Positions 39,675 to 53,325 of a stretch of DNA of 64,000 bases are shown here, one piece after another. The stretch lies in assembly GCA_023213395.1 (NCBI GenBank), contig CM041465.1:127045741-127109740 (forward strand). The letters run 5' to 3'. Position numbers and translations under genes: made by a program. Positions within the stretch are counted from its first letter, which is position 1; every line of letters begins with the position of its first letter. The stretch is from Cycas panzhihuaensis (Eukaryota; Plantae; Cycadophyta). Below the pieces are notes generated by a model that ran no database searches, was not told where the DNA came from, and saw only the letters and a list, made by a program, of their open reading frames with translations.

Positions 39675-42600
39675 TCTTACATTCATATCTCTTCTAAGGC
39701 TTCTTCTCATAAAACTTCTATTTTACATCTATCTTTTGAATGAACACCTCTTATGTGGTTATGTTTTATATGGTACATCCTCTCTTTGGTTTCTCCTTTA
39801 TATTATTTATACAAATACCTTTCATATAAAATAAGTCTCTTACATAACTTCCTCTCACACAACCTCTTCTTGTAAGTGACTCCATTTCTTGATAACTCTT
39901 TAAACTCAAATCTTTCTATAGGAGATAATTTCTATGGGGAGTTTAAGGTATGAGAAATTTTATACAAAGTTGTTCTTTCTTTTGCAAAGCTCTAATATTA
40001 TAAAACTTCCTATCATGTGAGATACCAAACTAAGGGGTTTAGAAGGTCTCCTCCTTATATTATTCTTCAATGGTCTTATTTCCATTATCTATGCTTATTT
40101 ATGTTATTGTATATATTCCTAAGGTCATCAAAGTAAGATACCTAAGATAACTATAAGTCAAAACTAGTAAGTACCAAAGGTGATTTCATTTAAGGTTGAA
40201 GAAAATTACTAAGAAAGACTCAAAACATTCATATATTTCTACCACTAGTTAATTTATTTAACAATTGAGATTACTAAATAAAGCAATAAATATTAGACTT
40301 ATTTGAATAGTCCTCTAATCTCATTGACTTCCTTTGTAATAGTCGAATAGAACTTAAGCATCATGCTTAAGAAATGTTGTATCAATTTCTATTAATACTA
40401 AGTATACCCAACTAATTAAGATTCACACACATCTACCACTCATTAGATATGTGATAAAGCCTATATTTCAAGAAAAAATTCTCTTGAGTATGACAAATTA
40501 ACTTGGTCCCTTAGGTTATGAAAAGATTTTGGGATTCTATAAGCTTGATGTAAATGTATATTTCTAAGTAGATATTCTATATTAATGTTTATTTCATATC
40601 TTCTTATTAAGACTTGGTCAGCTTAATCTCATTATAGAGTTATGCCCCTCATAGTTTTTGCTAAGAGAAAAGGTGGATAATTAAACTTTAACCTTATTGT
40701 AGAGTAAAGTCTAATTTTAACTCATGGAGAAGTTTAGTTAGTTTATACTCATTATAGAGTAAATTATAATTTAGGTTTATTACAAAGAAATGATAATTTT
40801 AGCTTGTTAAGCAATAAGGTCATCAAGATAAATAAGAGCTCTATTACATCTATGAAAATTATTGATGAGGTACAATGCCCTAAATCTTATTGTATAAGTA
40901 AGAAACTAGTCATGAAAGTTTAAAGGAAAGAAATCCTAAAACATGCTTCTTAGAATGGTTAATATTCATTGAGGAACTATAATAAGATTTAGTTATCTCA
41001 AGCCACTATAATATTATATAAAACTAAGAGGCGACTCATTAAAGAGTCCCTTGAAATGAATACTCTCCTCAATAGTGGAGTTTGATAGAATCTTAGGCTA
41101 TCCAACTAACTTCAAAGTAAGAAGAGTTATTTTCATCGACATTATTTGATTCCAAATGTCAAAGTGTAGTAGAAGAGACTTGATGGGAATAAGACATATT
41201 AAGATATAAAGGATATAAAGTACTTGAGAAGAAAGGTAGATAACCTACTCTCAAGTAGTCTCAACCTCATAAGTATATTACATAAGATGTTTATGAGCTA
41301 GGGGTGGATTGAATGGAATTAACCAATAAAACAATTTAAGAGAGATCAAATAAGTTGTTCATCAAGGATTCAAAAGGATTTTACTATCCTTAATAGGATC
41401 TACCACTAAGGAGATCTCCTTGTGATGTAAACAAGGTAGGTCTACAATGTCATAAATCAAGGAATCAATAGTAAGCTAATAAATCTTCGAAGTGCATCTA
41501 TCTAAATCACTCTTAAAAGGACTCTGTGGAGAATTTGGAAAAGGAAACTAGGGAAAATACTCAATGTCTAACTAAAGGATATAGGGATTACAATCAACTT
41601 ACATAAACCTAGCTTTCCCTATTGGTCTTGTGTTTGACACTAAGGTAATCGCTTGTGAAATTATCCCCATAATCTACTATGAGGCAAGTATAAATACCCC
41701 TAAGTTAAATAAAAAATCAAATCAAACTCACCTCTAAGTTTGTTGTAGGCATACACACACACACACACATAGATACACATATAATAGTAGGTCATATAGG
41801 AAACATATCATTATTCTATTATGTTTATCATTATATGCTCTAACTTATGGATATTGTTATTTGGAGAGTGTCCCTTACCTGTAGTGTATACTAATTATTG
41901 TAAAGTATCTAGGATAGGAAATTTGATACACATGTTGGAATAATTGATTAGTTGATCTCTTTATTGAGTTTTAGTTGTCAATGTCATGGTAGTGAAGTTA
42001 CCATTCCCCTTGAATCCAATGTACTTATCAAGAATTGTTAATTGAGACATAGGAAAGTAGTAAGTTGCCAACATCATGTCTAGTTATGGCTAATCTACTT
42101 GCTTTGATGCATGTTAGGGAAAATATCTTTAGATATTTTCACTAATTAACACTCTATATATTCCTTGATCTACTTTGGAAGAATTTCACCAAAATTTATT
42201 TCAATCTTTTCATTCATAATCTATATAATTAATGGTTGTATTAATTCTAGATGCCCTTTTAACTTGCATATCTACTCTCTAATACTATTGAGCCTTTTGC
42301 CTTATGACTTGAATATGTTTCTAAGGATAGCCTACTATGTTCTCTAATTACAAACACTTTTGGACCATTACTCATCTTTAACTACTACAACTAAATCAAC
42401 CTATTATTTTTTCTTCATTGATTCTTCACTTGCAATCCTATGGAATTCTTGTTTATCTTAGGTAAGGCTTTGACCCAACATAAAGTGGTTAGGAAATAAG
42501 ATAGATAAAAGCATCTATCCTAAAATACTAACCAAAGTATCTTTAATTTCTGTTATTTTGTTTATTGCCTTTTTACTCCTATTTATTCATGTCTTTAGGA

Positions 42601-42700
42601 TATGTTGCCATTTTTCAATAAAGTATCCATGCTCTTTGTTTCCCTTATCCTTACCTACTACCATTTCATTCTTAAATTTAAAGATAGTTTCGTAAGGTTG
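39675..42700. repeat. Second copy of A and B segments, joined by a ~290-bp LTR-like piece (41741-42030, tgttg...tatca)
   Basis: Similarity to 33985-36080 and 37400-38070. Confidence 0.7.
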
Positions 42701-43649
42701 CAATTATATCTGATATATTGTTTATAGTCTGGTAGTCGCTATTTTTAGCCACTAAATATTCTTATATAAGGAATAAACGTTTTGAAAGAAACTTGATATA
42801 TGAGGCCTTAAAAATTGGCCTTCATTAAGGATTTTTTCTACACACCTTTTAGTGGACTTTACAACATTAATAACAACTACTAAAGCATTGATTAACTCTT
42901 CTATTTTAAGTCCCAATTTATTGGTTGATGTATCCTTAATTAGTTCATGCTAAGCATTCTTTGATTGGCTTTGTTTATGATTTAGCATTAGATTCTCTTC
43001 TTTTATGGTGGCATTTTCTTTTATCACTTGTTGTAGAAAAGCCTATAAATCTAAAACCTTATCTTTTATAATTTGGCTACTTGTCAAATGTAAATCTCCA
43101 TATTCAATTATAATATTTATTTTAGTAGACTAAGTGAATGGTTCTACTATTTTCTTTTTCCTTATTACTATTTTCTTTATGCTCTTTTCCTACTTGCTAA
43201 CTAATAGAACTTGTTGCTAACTTCCTTATTAAATGTTAAGGTTGGAGTAAGGGTTAATGTTAACTCCCTATATTAGAGTCTAACTACTAGCCAAGGGTCT
43301 AATTCTATTATTAACCCCTTAACTACTTTAGGTGAGATAATCTCCTATTTATTCACCTATGTCTCTTAGATTAGTTTATCTACATCTAGGTTCTAATATT
43401 GGTCTTTAATAGGTGTTAGTTCTTAACCTTCTTATGCAACCAAATTCTCCTAACTTCTAGCATCAACAATGGCTTGTAGAACTTGAGATATCCTAAATAA
43501 GATCAAAAATGCAATTGAAAACCATATAACCTATAACTTATGCATTTAATGTTATATGTTTAGTGTTAATTCAATGGGATTTAGTTTAACTCTATGATCT
43601 TTATTTAGAATTTTTATGCCCTAATATGATTTTTCATGCCAGCCTTGGT

Positions 43650-46600
43650 GTGAGATTTTAAATGAAAATTATTATATTGAAAAAACATAGGCCCTTACGA
43701 AGTGCTCCCATGTCATTTTCCTATATTGTGGCCCTTTTTATGAATTTCATTGAGAATCATGATTCATGTAAGGGATGGTGATACGAGGCTACATTAATTA
43801 CTCCTTCCTATTCTATGTGCTTTCTTATATGAGTCCTCATTTTTTGAGTTATATCTTTTAACTTGAGTTTGTATCTAGGAACTTACCTTATAGGAATAAT
43901 ATTCTATTTCAATTAAAAGTGATGTGTACCAATGGTCCTTTTTACACTTACTTTTATATACTATAAGTTATTGTCTTATAGAAGACTCATTTTTGTTAAA
44001 TAAATTATCACCAACAAAAAGAAGATTTTTGTGGGAAGTGAAGTTATAGGAGCTATAACATTTCTCTCTTTCCCATATTGAATTTCTCCCATATGACACC
44101 TTCCTTTATAATCATCACTTGCATTGATACTTCTTGGACAATAGTCACTTTTAAGACTAACTTCCTATACATAAAACATTTAATGTAGAGAACACTTATA
44201 ATAAGTATAATAAGATTTATTCTTTGAATTCCTTCTTGCTATTGATTTCACTTTAGTGCTAGAAATTGATTTGTCATTATAATTCTATTAAACTCATCTA
44301 TTTGATCCTCTAAGGAATTTTTTCACAAATGCTATCAAGGAATGATATAAGAAACTTCATTATAGTATAAACCTTATTAAGACCACCTAGAATCGCATCT
44401 ATGGGGATGGTAACTTCACTTGGCAAAGATTGGGCCAATCAATGATAAATACCAAAATAAAAATGTAATTGTACAAGTGGAAGAAACACCCACACAGGGT
44501 GTCTATGTGTCGAAACATAGGTTCGCGACCAATGAATGGCACATAAATTCCTCAAGGTAACTTAGACTTTTGGTTTGAAGGGCGAGATACACATAAGGTA
44601 TCTTAGATAACCCCAAAAGATGAGGTCCCCCTAACCTTGGATGTCCGGAAGGAAAGAGGGAGACCCATAGAGGAAGGGATTCCTATTGGAAAGGAATGTG
44701 GCGCAAGTACAATGTGCGTAGATGAACGGTATGAAGTATGAGATAAAGTGAAAGTGAACCTCTCCAAGTCAACAAACCTAAAACGGGTCTAAGAGAGAAG
44801 AAGTGACGGCAAAATGAGACCTTGCCACTATGTAGGCGAAGGGGAGATTAAACCACGGCAAGGTCAACTAAGGTTGCGCGTGTAGGCTTGATGTGAAAAA
44901 GTGCACAATAAGGGGTGACAAAAGAGCTATTATATATTTTCATAATAGAATGAAACATAAAATACACTCCCTCTCTCTCTTTTCATTTTCAATAAGAAAA
45001 GACAATAAAAACATTTCACGCAAACTCAAACATGCATGCTAAGATGATGCAAAGCTAGGGGATGTTTGCATTTAAGTAAGAGGAAGGGGGAAATATAATT
45101 CCTACGATGTGCTTTTTCTTATAAAAGCACTCAAGCAATATGCGTGTGCAAGATGAATGCAAGTAGATATGCAGGATTTCCTTATGTGTGATTTATTATG
45201 CAAGAATATATGCTTAATAAAGGTAAAAGGAGAAAGGACTATGTGAACTAAGGGAGTTCATACCTAGAAAGTAACACGGCTAAAGGAGATGCTTTGCTCA
45301 TGCACCACATATGTCTCATTGTCCTTGCTCAACATGCAACCGTTATTGAGAGGTGGTGATGAAGTGGGGATTTCTTACCTTCCCCATGCAAAAAGGAGAA
45401 ATGGAAAGGAAAGGACAAAAGGAAGCAAAATAACTATGCAAAAAATAAAACAAAAAAGAAAGAAAGCAGGGACTTACCTGGATCAGAACACTTCTTTCTC
45501 CTTGTAAGTGTCATAGTAAAACCTGCAACCACAAAGGTCTTTGCCCTTTCTAAAGGAGTTCCTAGGATATAAAGCCAATATATATGCAATAATATGAAAG
45601 TAAAGTACTAAAATATAATACTTTAGGTTAGTTAGTCTACCACCAAAGATAACTCTGTAAATCCTTAAGGAAAACATCAACGCATGCCAAGCAAGGGGAG
45701 GTTAGCCTCGAAATGGCTGACCCTTCAGCAAATACACCTCCACGTTGCCCTTAAGTGTAGGGTACAGTGGATTAGGATAGCCTATGGGCAATAGACAAGA
45801 AAGAAAGCAAATTTTACGAGGTTTGCAGAAGTTGCCTATGTTATAAGTATGTTATGGGCAGCAAATTATAATATGGGCTATACCAAGGCTCAAGATGAGT
45901 ATTGGACACCGTTTGGGGCTAGAATAGCTTCCCAAAAAGGGGCATGCAGACCTGCAATTAGCATAAAAAGGGCTGCACATGCCGATATACAATGCAGGCC
46001 TAATCTTAAGAACTCCCAGGTGACCCAAGAAAGGCACAGGTGAAGGAGAGGAAGGATGAGAAGGGGTTTGCCCTTAAGGAGTAGGCCTAGTGGGTACGGA
46101 TCCCACTTTGGCTCCTTCACTCACTCCTTATGAACCCTCTCCCACATCCTCCTTAGAAAAACTAGGGGAGGATAGGGATATCATGATGGCACGGAAGCTG
46201 AGAATAGAAGAATACTCCTCTATGCAGTAATAAACACAAGGAAAGGAATGATATACTTGAAGCACTAACTTTTGCAAGATAAACCTAAGGTAAAAATATG
46301 TAACAATAATGGGAAGTAGTTATTGGGCTATGTAGGAGGCAGATCTGCCCCTGTAGATAGCAGAAAATGGTAGATTTGAAGTGCTTACAAGGTATCCCCT
46401 AGGATGGTGTTGTAGGAGAAACACACTTGCTCAAAGCTATGGGAAGAGCGTGGAGGCCACACTTGGGTGTGGATCCTTGCTTAGAGGCATGAGTTGATGA
46501 GTTTGCTACCATAAACCAGTGTTGCAATGGGCAGACCTCAAGCTGGTACATCAGAAACTTAGGTGTTATAGCCATTTCTGCAAAGTGTTCCTATGAGAAA

Positions 46601-48790
46601 GAGAGAAGAGAGTAAGAAGAAGTAGTAGAAGAGATGGAAAATGAAATTATTTTAGGCTTTATACCTAACTTTATCCCTAATAGAGTGATTAGGGTTAGGT
46701 TGGGGCTTAGTTGGTAACTAATCCATGTGGCAATTCTACAAAAAATATGAGAATTACCATGGCAGATTAAAAAAAAGAGGTAAACAATCACATCACGACA
46801 AACTTCATGGTACCACTGAGTTTACAGCGGTGCGGGACTAGAATGAAATAAAAGAAAGATAGGGGTCCTAGGAGCCCTAAAAGAGGATACTCTAGGCCTA
46901 GGAGGGGTCAAACCTCCTATCCAGGTGGCTAGAGATAGTCCAAGTAAGCAAATTGGCTAGACCAGATAGGGCATCGAGAGGTAGGGTTCCTAGAAATGCT
47001 ATGGAAGGGCACAAAATACCCACCACTCCTAGAGAAAAGCTAGGGGTTATGGTAGTTGATAAGGGTGTGAGCAGATCACTTAAGTTGGTTGAAGCTCAAG
47101 GCGATATGGACGTGATGTGGAGGGTTGTAGAGCACCATGGGGATGCATGTCTCGCAGAGGAGCATGTCCCGTGGGTCATCATAGGCTAGGGACATGCGGC
47201 ATGATCAGGCAAGATGCATAATCAATCATAAAAATGAGCCAATCAATCATGTAATTCAAACAATGCTTCAATCTACAATCTCTAAAGTGACTAAGATGGG
47301 AGAGAGAAGCATACATGTGCTTACCTAAGTCAACCTGCCCATACCTATTCCTGATAGGCAGGAAACACCACCTTTTCAATTAGTGTCTAAAAATATATAT
47401 TTTTTACTGTTACATCTTGAAGGGGTAACACGCACATACTAGATGTTAGCCAAAATAATAGATTCAATATGACTTGAAGGATCTTGCCTACGTGTCCCCA
47501 TGAACTTTAGAATATCAAAGAAGAGGGTAAATTACATGAGAGAAGATTAGATAAAATAGGATTCCTCTTAAACTCTTCATTTGACTTTCTCCATAAAGAA
47601 TAAGAGGATTTCTGATGATTTATAAATATAGGTTTAGGAGCTCCTCCAAAAGTAAGATGTCACTAAGAGGGAGGAGGTTAAATTAATGAGATATTAGTAT
47701 TTGGCTAGATAGTTTGAGATATAAAGTTTACCCCTTACAAATGACTTCTAATCATATTATTGGATGGCTAACTAAATGACTCACCTGACTATTATAGTCC
47801 TTTTATGAACCAGAAACAAGTTAAAAGTGTGAATAAAACCATGATAATGAGTTGGATTCCAAGGAAAAATTATGCTACTCAACTAAGATAAGGTGTCACA
47901 ATTAGGCATTAGAGTCATTTAACTATTTGGAGTGGGTCTAACTACTAGTGGAGGGGTTCCAATTAGGCTTAACAAGCCCTAAATATCACAAGGTATGAAA
48001 CTAGGTGTTATCATAGCTTCTACCACTCATCCTCCTAAATTGTTATGAAAAGTCATTATCAAACTAGAAGAGAGGCTATACTCGTACTTGAATCATTGTT
48101 GGGTCCTTTAGGAAGTTGAAGAATTTTAGATATTGTTACCTTGGAAAACGGAAAAGACTTATAAGATGAAATCCTTGGAATCTTTAAATTTATATTACAC
48201 TTAAAAGTACCAAAAGTCCATGGTCAAATGGATAGATCTACTAACTTATTGGTAATCTCAGGAACTTTAGAAATACAATAATTATAGCTTAAGAATTTAT
48301 GATATATAGGAATATGATTATATATCCTATGACAATCTTAGAAAATCTAATAACACAACAATTATAGGGCAAAAGAGAATCTAAGAAACTAGGAGGAATG
48401 AAACTAACAACAAATGAGATAATATCTTAGCTTGGATTAGGTAGGTTTGGTAGCTCCTTAGTATGGCAGTTGGTGATGTTCCCTAGTTGTAAATGGCTTT
48501 GGTATATGCCTAAGAAATTTAGAGGAAACCATGAATAGCCTCTATTGAAAAGGAAGTATCGGTATGCATATGTGAGATGAACTAAATGTTGTCGAAGATA
48601 GAATCCTAACTAAAATATAAGATAAATAAATTAATTAAATTAAATCAATTAGACAAGTAACTTAAAAGAGAAGAATCAATGCAAGAAACATACTAATAAC
48701 AATCCTAAAAGATAGACTTGGAGATAAGTAGACTACCTGAACTAGGCATCAAGCATCTAGATAATAGTTAATACCTAATCTAGTGGCCAA
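43650..48790 (-). pseudogene. gag: Very old Tat-like Gypsy gag region, interrupted by a solo LTR
   Basis: Minus strand ILKFMGTRRQDPSSHI..(~47500) retrotrans_gag-like; continues across the CCACC TSD; Zn-knuckle-like remnant CKKDHWYT at ~43930. Confidence 0.55.
44388..47367 (-). mobile_element. Solo LTR (~2.98 kb), distant relative of the Tat-like LTRs
   Basis: TSD CCACC (44383-44387, 47368-47372); ends ggaaaca like the young LTR; co-linear homologous blocks (ggtacggatcccac, gtcatcataggcta, ccatgtggcaatt). Confidence 0.88.
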
Positions 48791-51700
48791 ACTATTGGGG
48801 ATTCCTACAAGTAGAGGATGGCCACATATAACTATCTTATATAAGATTAAAGTCAAGAACTCAAACTATATTCTTCTAAGGCATAAGACTAGCCTACTAA
48901 GGTCATGAACTAATTTATCTCTTAAAAAAGGGGTTAATTGAAAGGAGGAATTGAGGAAAATCTAATCAAGAGTGTAATGCAATCAGTTATTCTTTCAATC
49001 ACATATGATTTAGAGAATAATGCTTCTCCCCCAAGATAAAAATTGATTTGAAAACTTTAAGTATGAAAAAGAAATAAAGGAAAAGATGTAGTTTCAAATT
49101 GAAATAACAAGTAACTACTAATATGATCATAGAATTAGGTAACTGAAACTAAACATGTAACCAACCATAGTACATGCACAAGTTGTTAAAACATTGTAAT
49201 GACACCTTCATTTCTGTGTAAATTATATGCATTATATATATATATATATTGTAAAGTATAAGTGACCCTTATTATAAATTTAATCTTATTTTGTAATCAT
49301 GTTAGGTTTTTCGTATGTGTTGTTAAGTTAGCTAATGATATTCATGTAAATCTTGACATAATTCTTATAAATTAAGCTTCACCAAATTCATTTGTATATT
49401 GGATCTGAGATTATATGGAAGCTCTGCCAGTTTGGAGCCTCACATGGTGACCAATTTGCCTATGAATCATTACAAATCACTGTTATGCTCTCATTTTGAA
49501 TGTTTATTACATTATTTTAGTTATTTAACTTTGTTTTGTGATAGATGCACATAGATTTTAGATCTTGGATGAGCTTTAACATGGTATTAGAGCTTGCATG
49601 TGATTTGCATTATAGATTTTTAAGAAACTATTGAAGAAAGGAGGCCCATTTCCTTATAATGGCACCCTGTTCTCATATTTTCTTTATTATTCTATTAATT
49701 TCTTAGTACACACAGCCATTTTGACATGATTGTAGGCCATATCTAGCTTGTTTCAACCTTATAATACCATTATTCAACCTAATTATAGTACCACATTCTC
49801 ATAGTTCTAGTTTTTGAATAAAAATGTAGGAAACAACTCTGTTTCACATCATTCCAACCCTAGGTTGAATCAAATATATTTGTTGGAGCTTTGCCTACAT
49901 TCCTAATGGTGTGCTAATTATGTTCCTAGTCTGTAAGGGATCATACAAAGGAATTTTAAGTAGATCTAAGCTTCATTTTTATTAGAATTACTCCCAACAC
50001 CTCTTAGCTTCTCACAGTCTATTTTCACCTATTTTGGCATCATTTAAACTCAAATAAGCTTTAATAGTCTTCATCTAGACCTTATGTCCCCCCATGAGTG
50101 ATCTTGGAGTAAATTCCATTCAAAATCATTGACATTTACCTCTTATTTCTTTACATGAGTCACCCAACATTGTACCGATTCACGTGAAGTCTACGATGGC
50201 CAAAACTTTAAAAAAATTTATATTTTCATAAAGTGTGATTTAATTAATTCAAATTTGATATTTCTTATGAATTCAGAGATCTAACCCCCTTAGAGTAGTC
50301 ATATTCTTTATCATATGACTATAGTTTAATAAAAAAATGGCAAATTTTGAATCAACATAACTTGTTTTTAATATTTTTTACAAAAAATAAAAAGTTTATT
50401 TCATATTTGATAAACTTTTAAGTGCACTATCACCTTAGCTACATTAGTCAGTGGTCATATGTCATTGTTTAATGACTAGGGGCTACTTTATAAAGGGGCT
50501 TAAGCCCATCCTTCTCAATGTTTTTGCATAAAGGGATACCTATCACTTTTTTCTATAATATCTTTTTAATAAGGTGTCTATTTTTCAAACCATTTAAATT
50601 GCCTAATTTGAGCTTGTTTTGTAGAAGTTATAGGCTAGCAAAGTTAAAATTAGTGTTTGAGATTCTTTATACCTTTTTCTCATCTTTTAAAGGCCAAATT
50701 CTATTTTTCATAAGTTCTTTAACTATTATATACTATTGTTGATCATTAATTAGTTGTCTTAATCTATTTTTTAATCTAACACAGTGCTTATGGTTAGTTT
50801 TTTATAAGTGTGATCCCTAGAAGATTGAAGTGGCTCTTTTTAGTACAAGTTAACTCAAAGAGCATTATAAACCTTTTATTATCCTTTAATTTCTTTTATT
50901 TTCATCTTATTTTTTAATTTTTTTTTTTTTAAAGGAACTCTTACTTGTAACAACTCATATTAAAAAATTAATATTAACACATTAACTAAGATTAATCCCA
51001 ACTAATCACATCTATACTAGCCTTACAAGGGAAATGGATAGGACCCCCGAAGTTACCACTCCATATATACCATTGGTCTTTCTCTAATTTACTAAGGAAA
51101 CCTTTGGCTACTAGGTGTATTAAGTGGCAAGCTAATGTGGCAAACTTCATATTGGATATTAGAGACCAAACTAGACTCAAAGGGGGTGAGTGCCTTGGTT
51201 GGTTAAGTTTTGATTACTAGATTTGTCACTAGGCATAAGTCCAGTGTAGGTGGATATATAAATCAGGGGTATATTTGACCTTCATAGCAACCCAGATACT
51301 AAGGTATATAGAGTCTTGAGCTCATATACTAGAATATAAGGTTCATAGTTTTTCACTTGTAAGCAGGCACCACTAGACATAATAGTAACCAAGAACTTTC
51401 TTGGAGACCCTTTAAACTTAAAATTCTAGATTATCAGCCCTTTAGATAGATTAATATATGAGAATACAAACCTTAAAGATACAAAACAAAAAAACACTTA
51501 GAAAATAACAACATAAATGCTATTATTTAATTAAACTTAATGGCATCAACAATTTCATCCTTTAGAAAAAAATAAATGAAAAACCTATTTATCATGAATG
51601 ATTTTTGGATTCATATTAATGGTGACGTACCCTTACCTAGACCAATACAAGACCTTAATGAACCTAACATCATAATTCCTCTTCATCCTATAGCTTAAGG

Positions 51701-51792
51701 TAACTTTAAAGCTAAGGATAATGTTAGCTTGTCCTTCCTCCACTTATCAGTAGAAGACTAAGTGGACCAAAATATTAAGACAACCCAAATCT

Positions 51793-52169
51793 TCTTAGAA
51801 GGTAATACATATTGAATATAATTGGTTAAGTTATAGTTCATGTATGAGCAATCAAACATAAAGGCTAAATATAATTAGACGAGATAAAGGCCAAATATGA
51901 TTAGGTTAAGATAAAGGACAAATGTGATTGGTTACAAACGAGGCATATATACCTATAAGATAACTATAAGTATACATGTAGTATAAGATATTATAGAATG
52001 AGAGATCATATATATAGAGTATGAGATTACATAGTGTGAGTTTTTGGTATTAGTTTTTTAGATATAATCATGATCTTTTGATATGTTGAGCTCTATTATG
52101 GCACTACTCTGATGTTGTTATCTTAATTCTGGTTATGCTATTTTGTGTATTTGATTTTATTTTCTAATA
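51793..52169 (+). repeat. 5' LTR of Copia-B
   Basis: Co-linear with 59209-59583; followed by TGGTATCAGAGC. Confidence 0.93.
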
Positions 52170-52842
52170 TGGTATCAGAGCTATGGTGAAATAAAGAAGT
52201 TAAATCAAAGCTTATGGTGAAAAAGTGAAGTTGAAAAAGAGCATTTGGTAAAGACATAGCCTGAAATGAGGGGTCATAATGAAGTTCTGTTGAATCAAAG
52301 ATTACCATATACTATTGGTACATTAAGCCTATTCTATAAGTCATAAAGTTATCAATTTTTATCAATTAATTTGCTTATTGATTATCCACTATTACTTTGA
52401 GTCTATTATTGAAGAGTTTATAGCCTATTTAAAGAAGAAATTTGTCAAAAATCTATCAAAAGGCCTACTTTTGTGAGTGAATCCTTGATTTCATTTACAA
52501 ACGAGAAAGTCTATTTGATTCCAAATTACTTAGTTTAACCCTACTACTTATTAGATCTTTATGTCTTTATCATTATTTTATCTATTATGGTTTGTTGGCC
52601 TTTTTAATTGGGACTTTTCTTACTATTATATCGAAGCCAAAGTATAAATCTACCATTGCAGCATATCCTTAGTTTTAATTTTATCCTACTTCTATTTTTT
52701 TATTAATTTGCTAGTTGTAACCCTTAAAATATTAAGCTTATCATCAAGAGTATTGATACCTCTATTGTATATTTAAACCCTTAATTGTCATGACCTATTC
52801 ATGAGGGTGAAGTTACTTACATTATGATCTAGTGTTACTTAC

Positions 52843-53031
52843 CCTATATGCACCAGTGACAAGAAGCCCATCAGACATGCCAAGAGCTGAACCCTTGGCA
52901 TGTGTTTGTTGAAGGATGGAATGATTAGTCTCATACCAATCTCCTATAAGGATTGTATAATCTGCTATAGGGTCTAGAAACAAAACTAAAATTCTAAGAC
53001 ATCTTAGAATCCTTAAGCCCCTAAATCCTCC
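52843..53031 (-). pseudogene. SKS: Captured fragment of SKU5-similar (SKS) multicopper-oxidase-like gene
   Basis: GGFRGLRILRCLRILVLFLDPIADYTILIGDWYETNH..GMSDGLLVTG versus SKS consensus GGFG.IRI.SRP.IPVPF..P..DYT.LIGDWY.....PDG.LING. Confidence 0.85.
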
Positions 53032-53312
53032 AGGTTTTCCATTCTCTTTTGTAAGGAAACTAATAGTTGGCATTAATTCTTCATCTTTAGATTCAACATC
53101 TTTCCCATCTAGGCCCCCATATTCTTCAACTTGAATAACTATAGAGTATCCATAATATAAAATACTCCTAGATTGCAAGTTGTGAGATAACTTGAACTCC
53201 TTCTCAAATACCAAATCCACTGAAATTTAGTCACAATTTCCATGAGATAAGGTCCCAAGCAAGAGCCTCTTCTCATCTTTATAAACAAAGAGTGATGTAG
53301 ACAGAGATTTCT
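53032..53312 (-). pseudogene. HDT: Captured fragment of HD2/HDT histone deacetylase (nucleoplasmin-like domain plus acidic stretch)
   Basis: LLLGTLSHGNCD*ISVDLVFEKEFKLSHNLQSRSILYYGY..DEELMP..ENGKP versus HDT consensus LVLGTLS....QI..DLVF(D/E)KEFELSH....SVYF.GY. Confidence 0.85.
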
Positions 53313-53325
53313 TTTTAAAAAAAAA

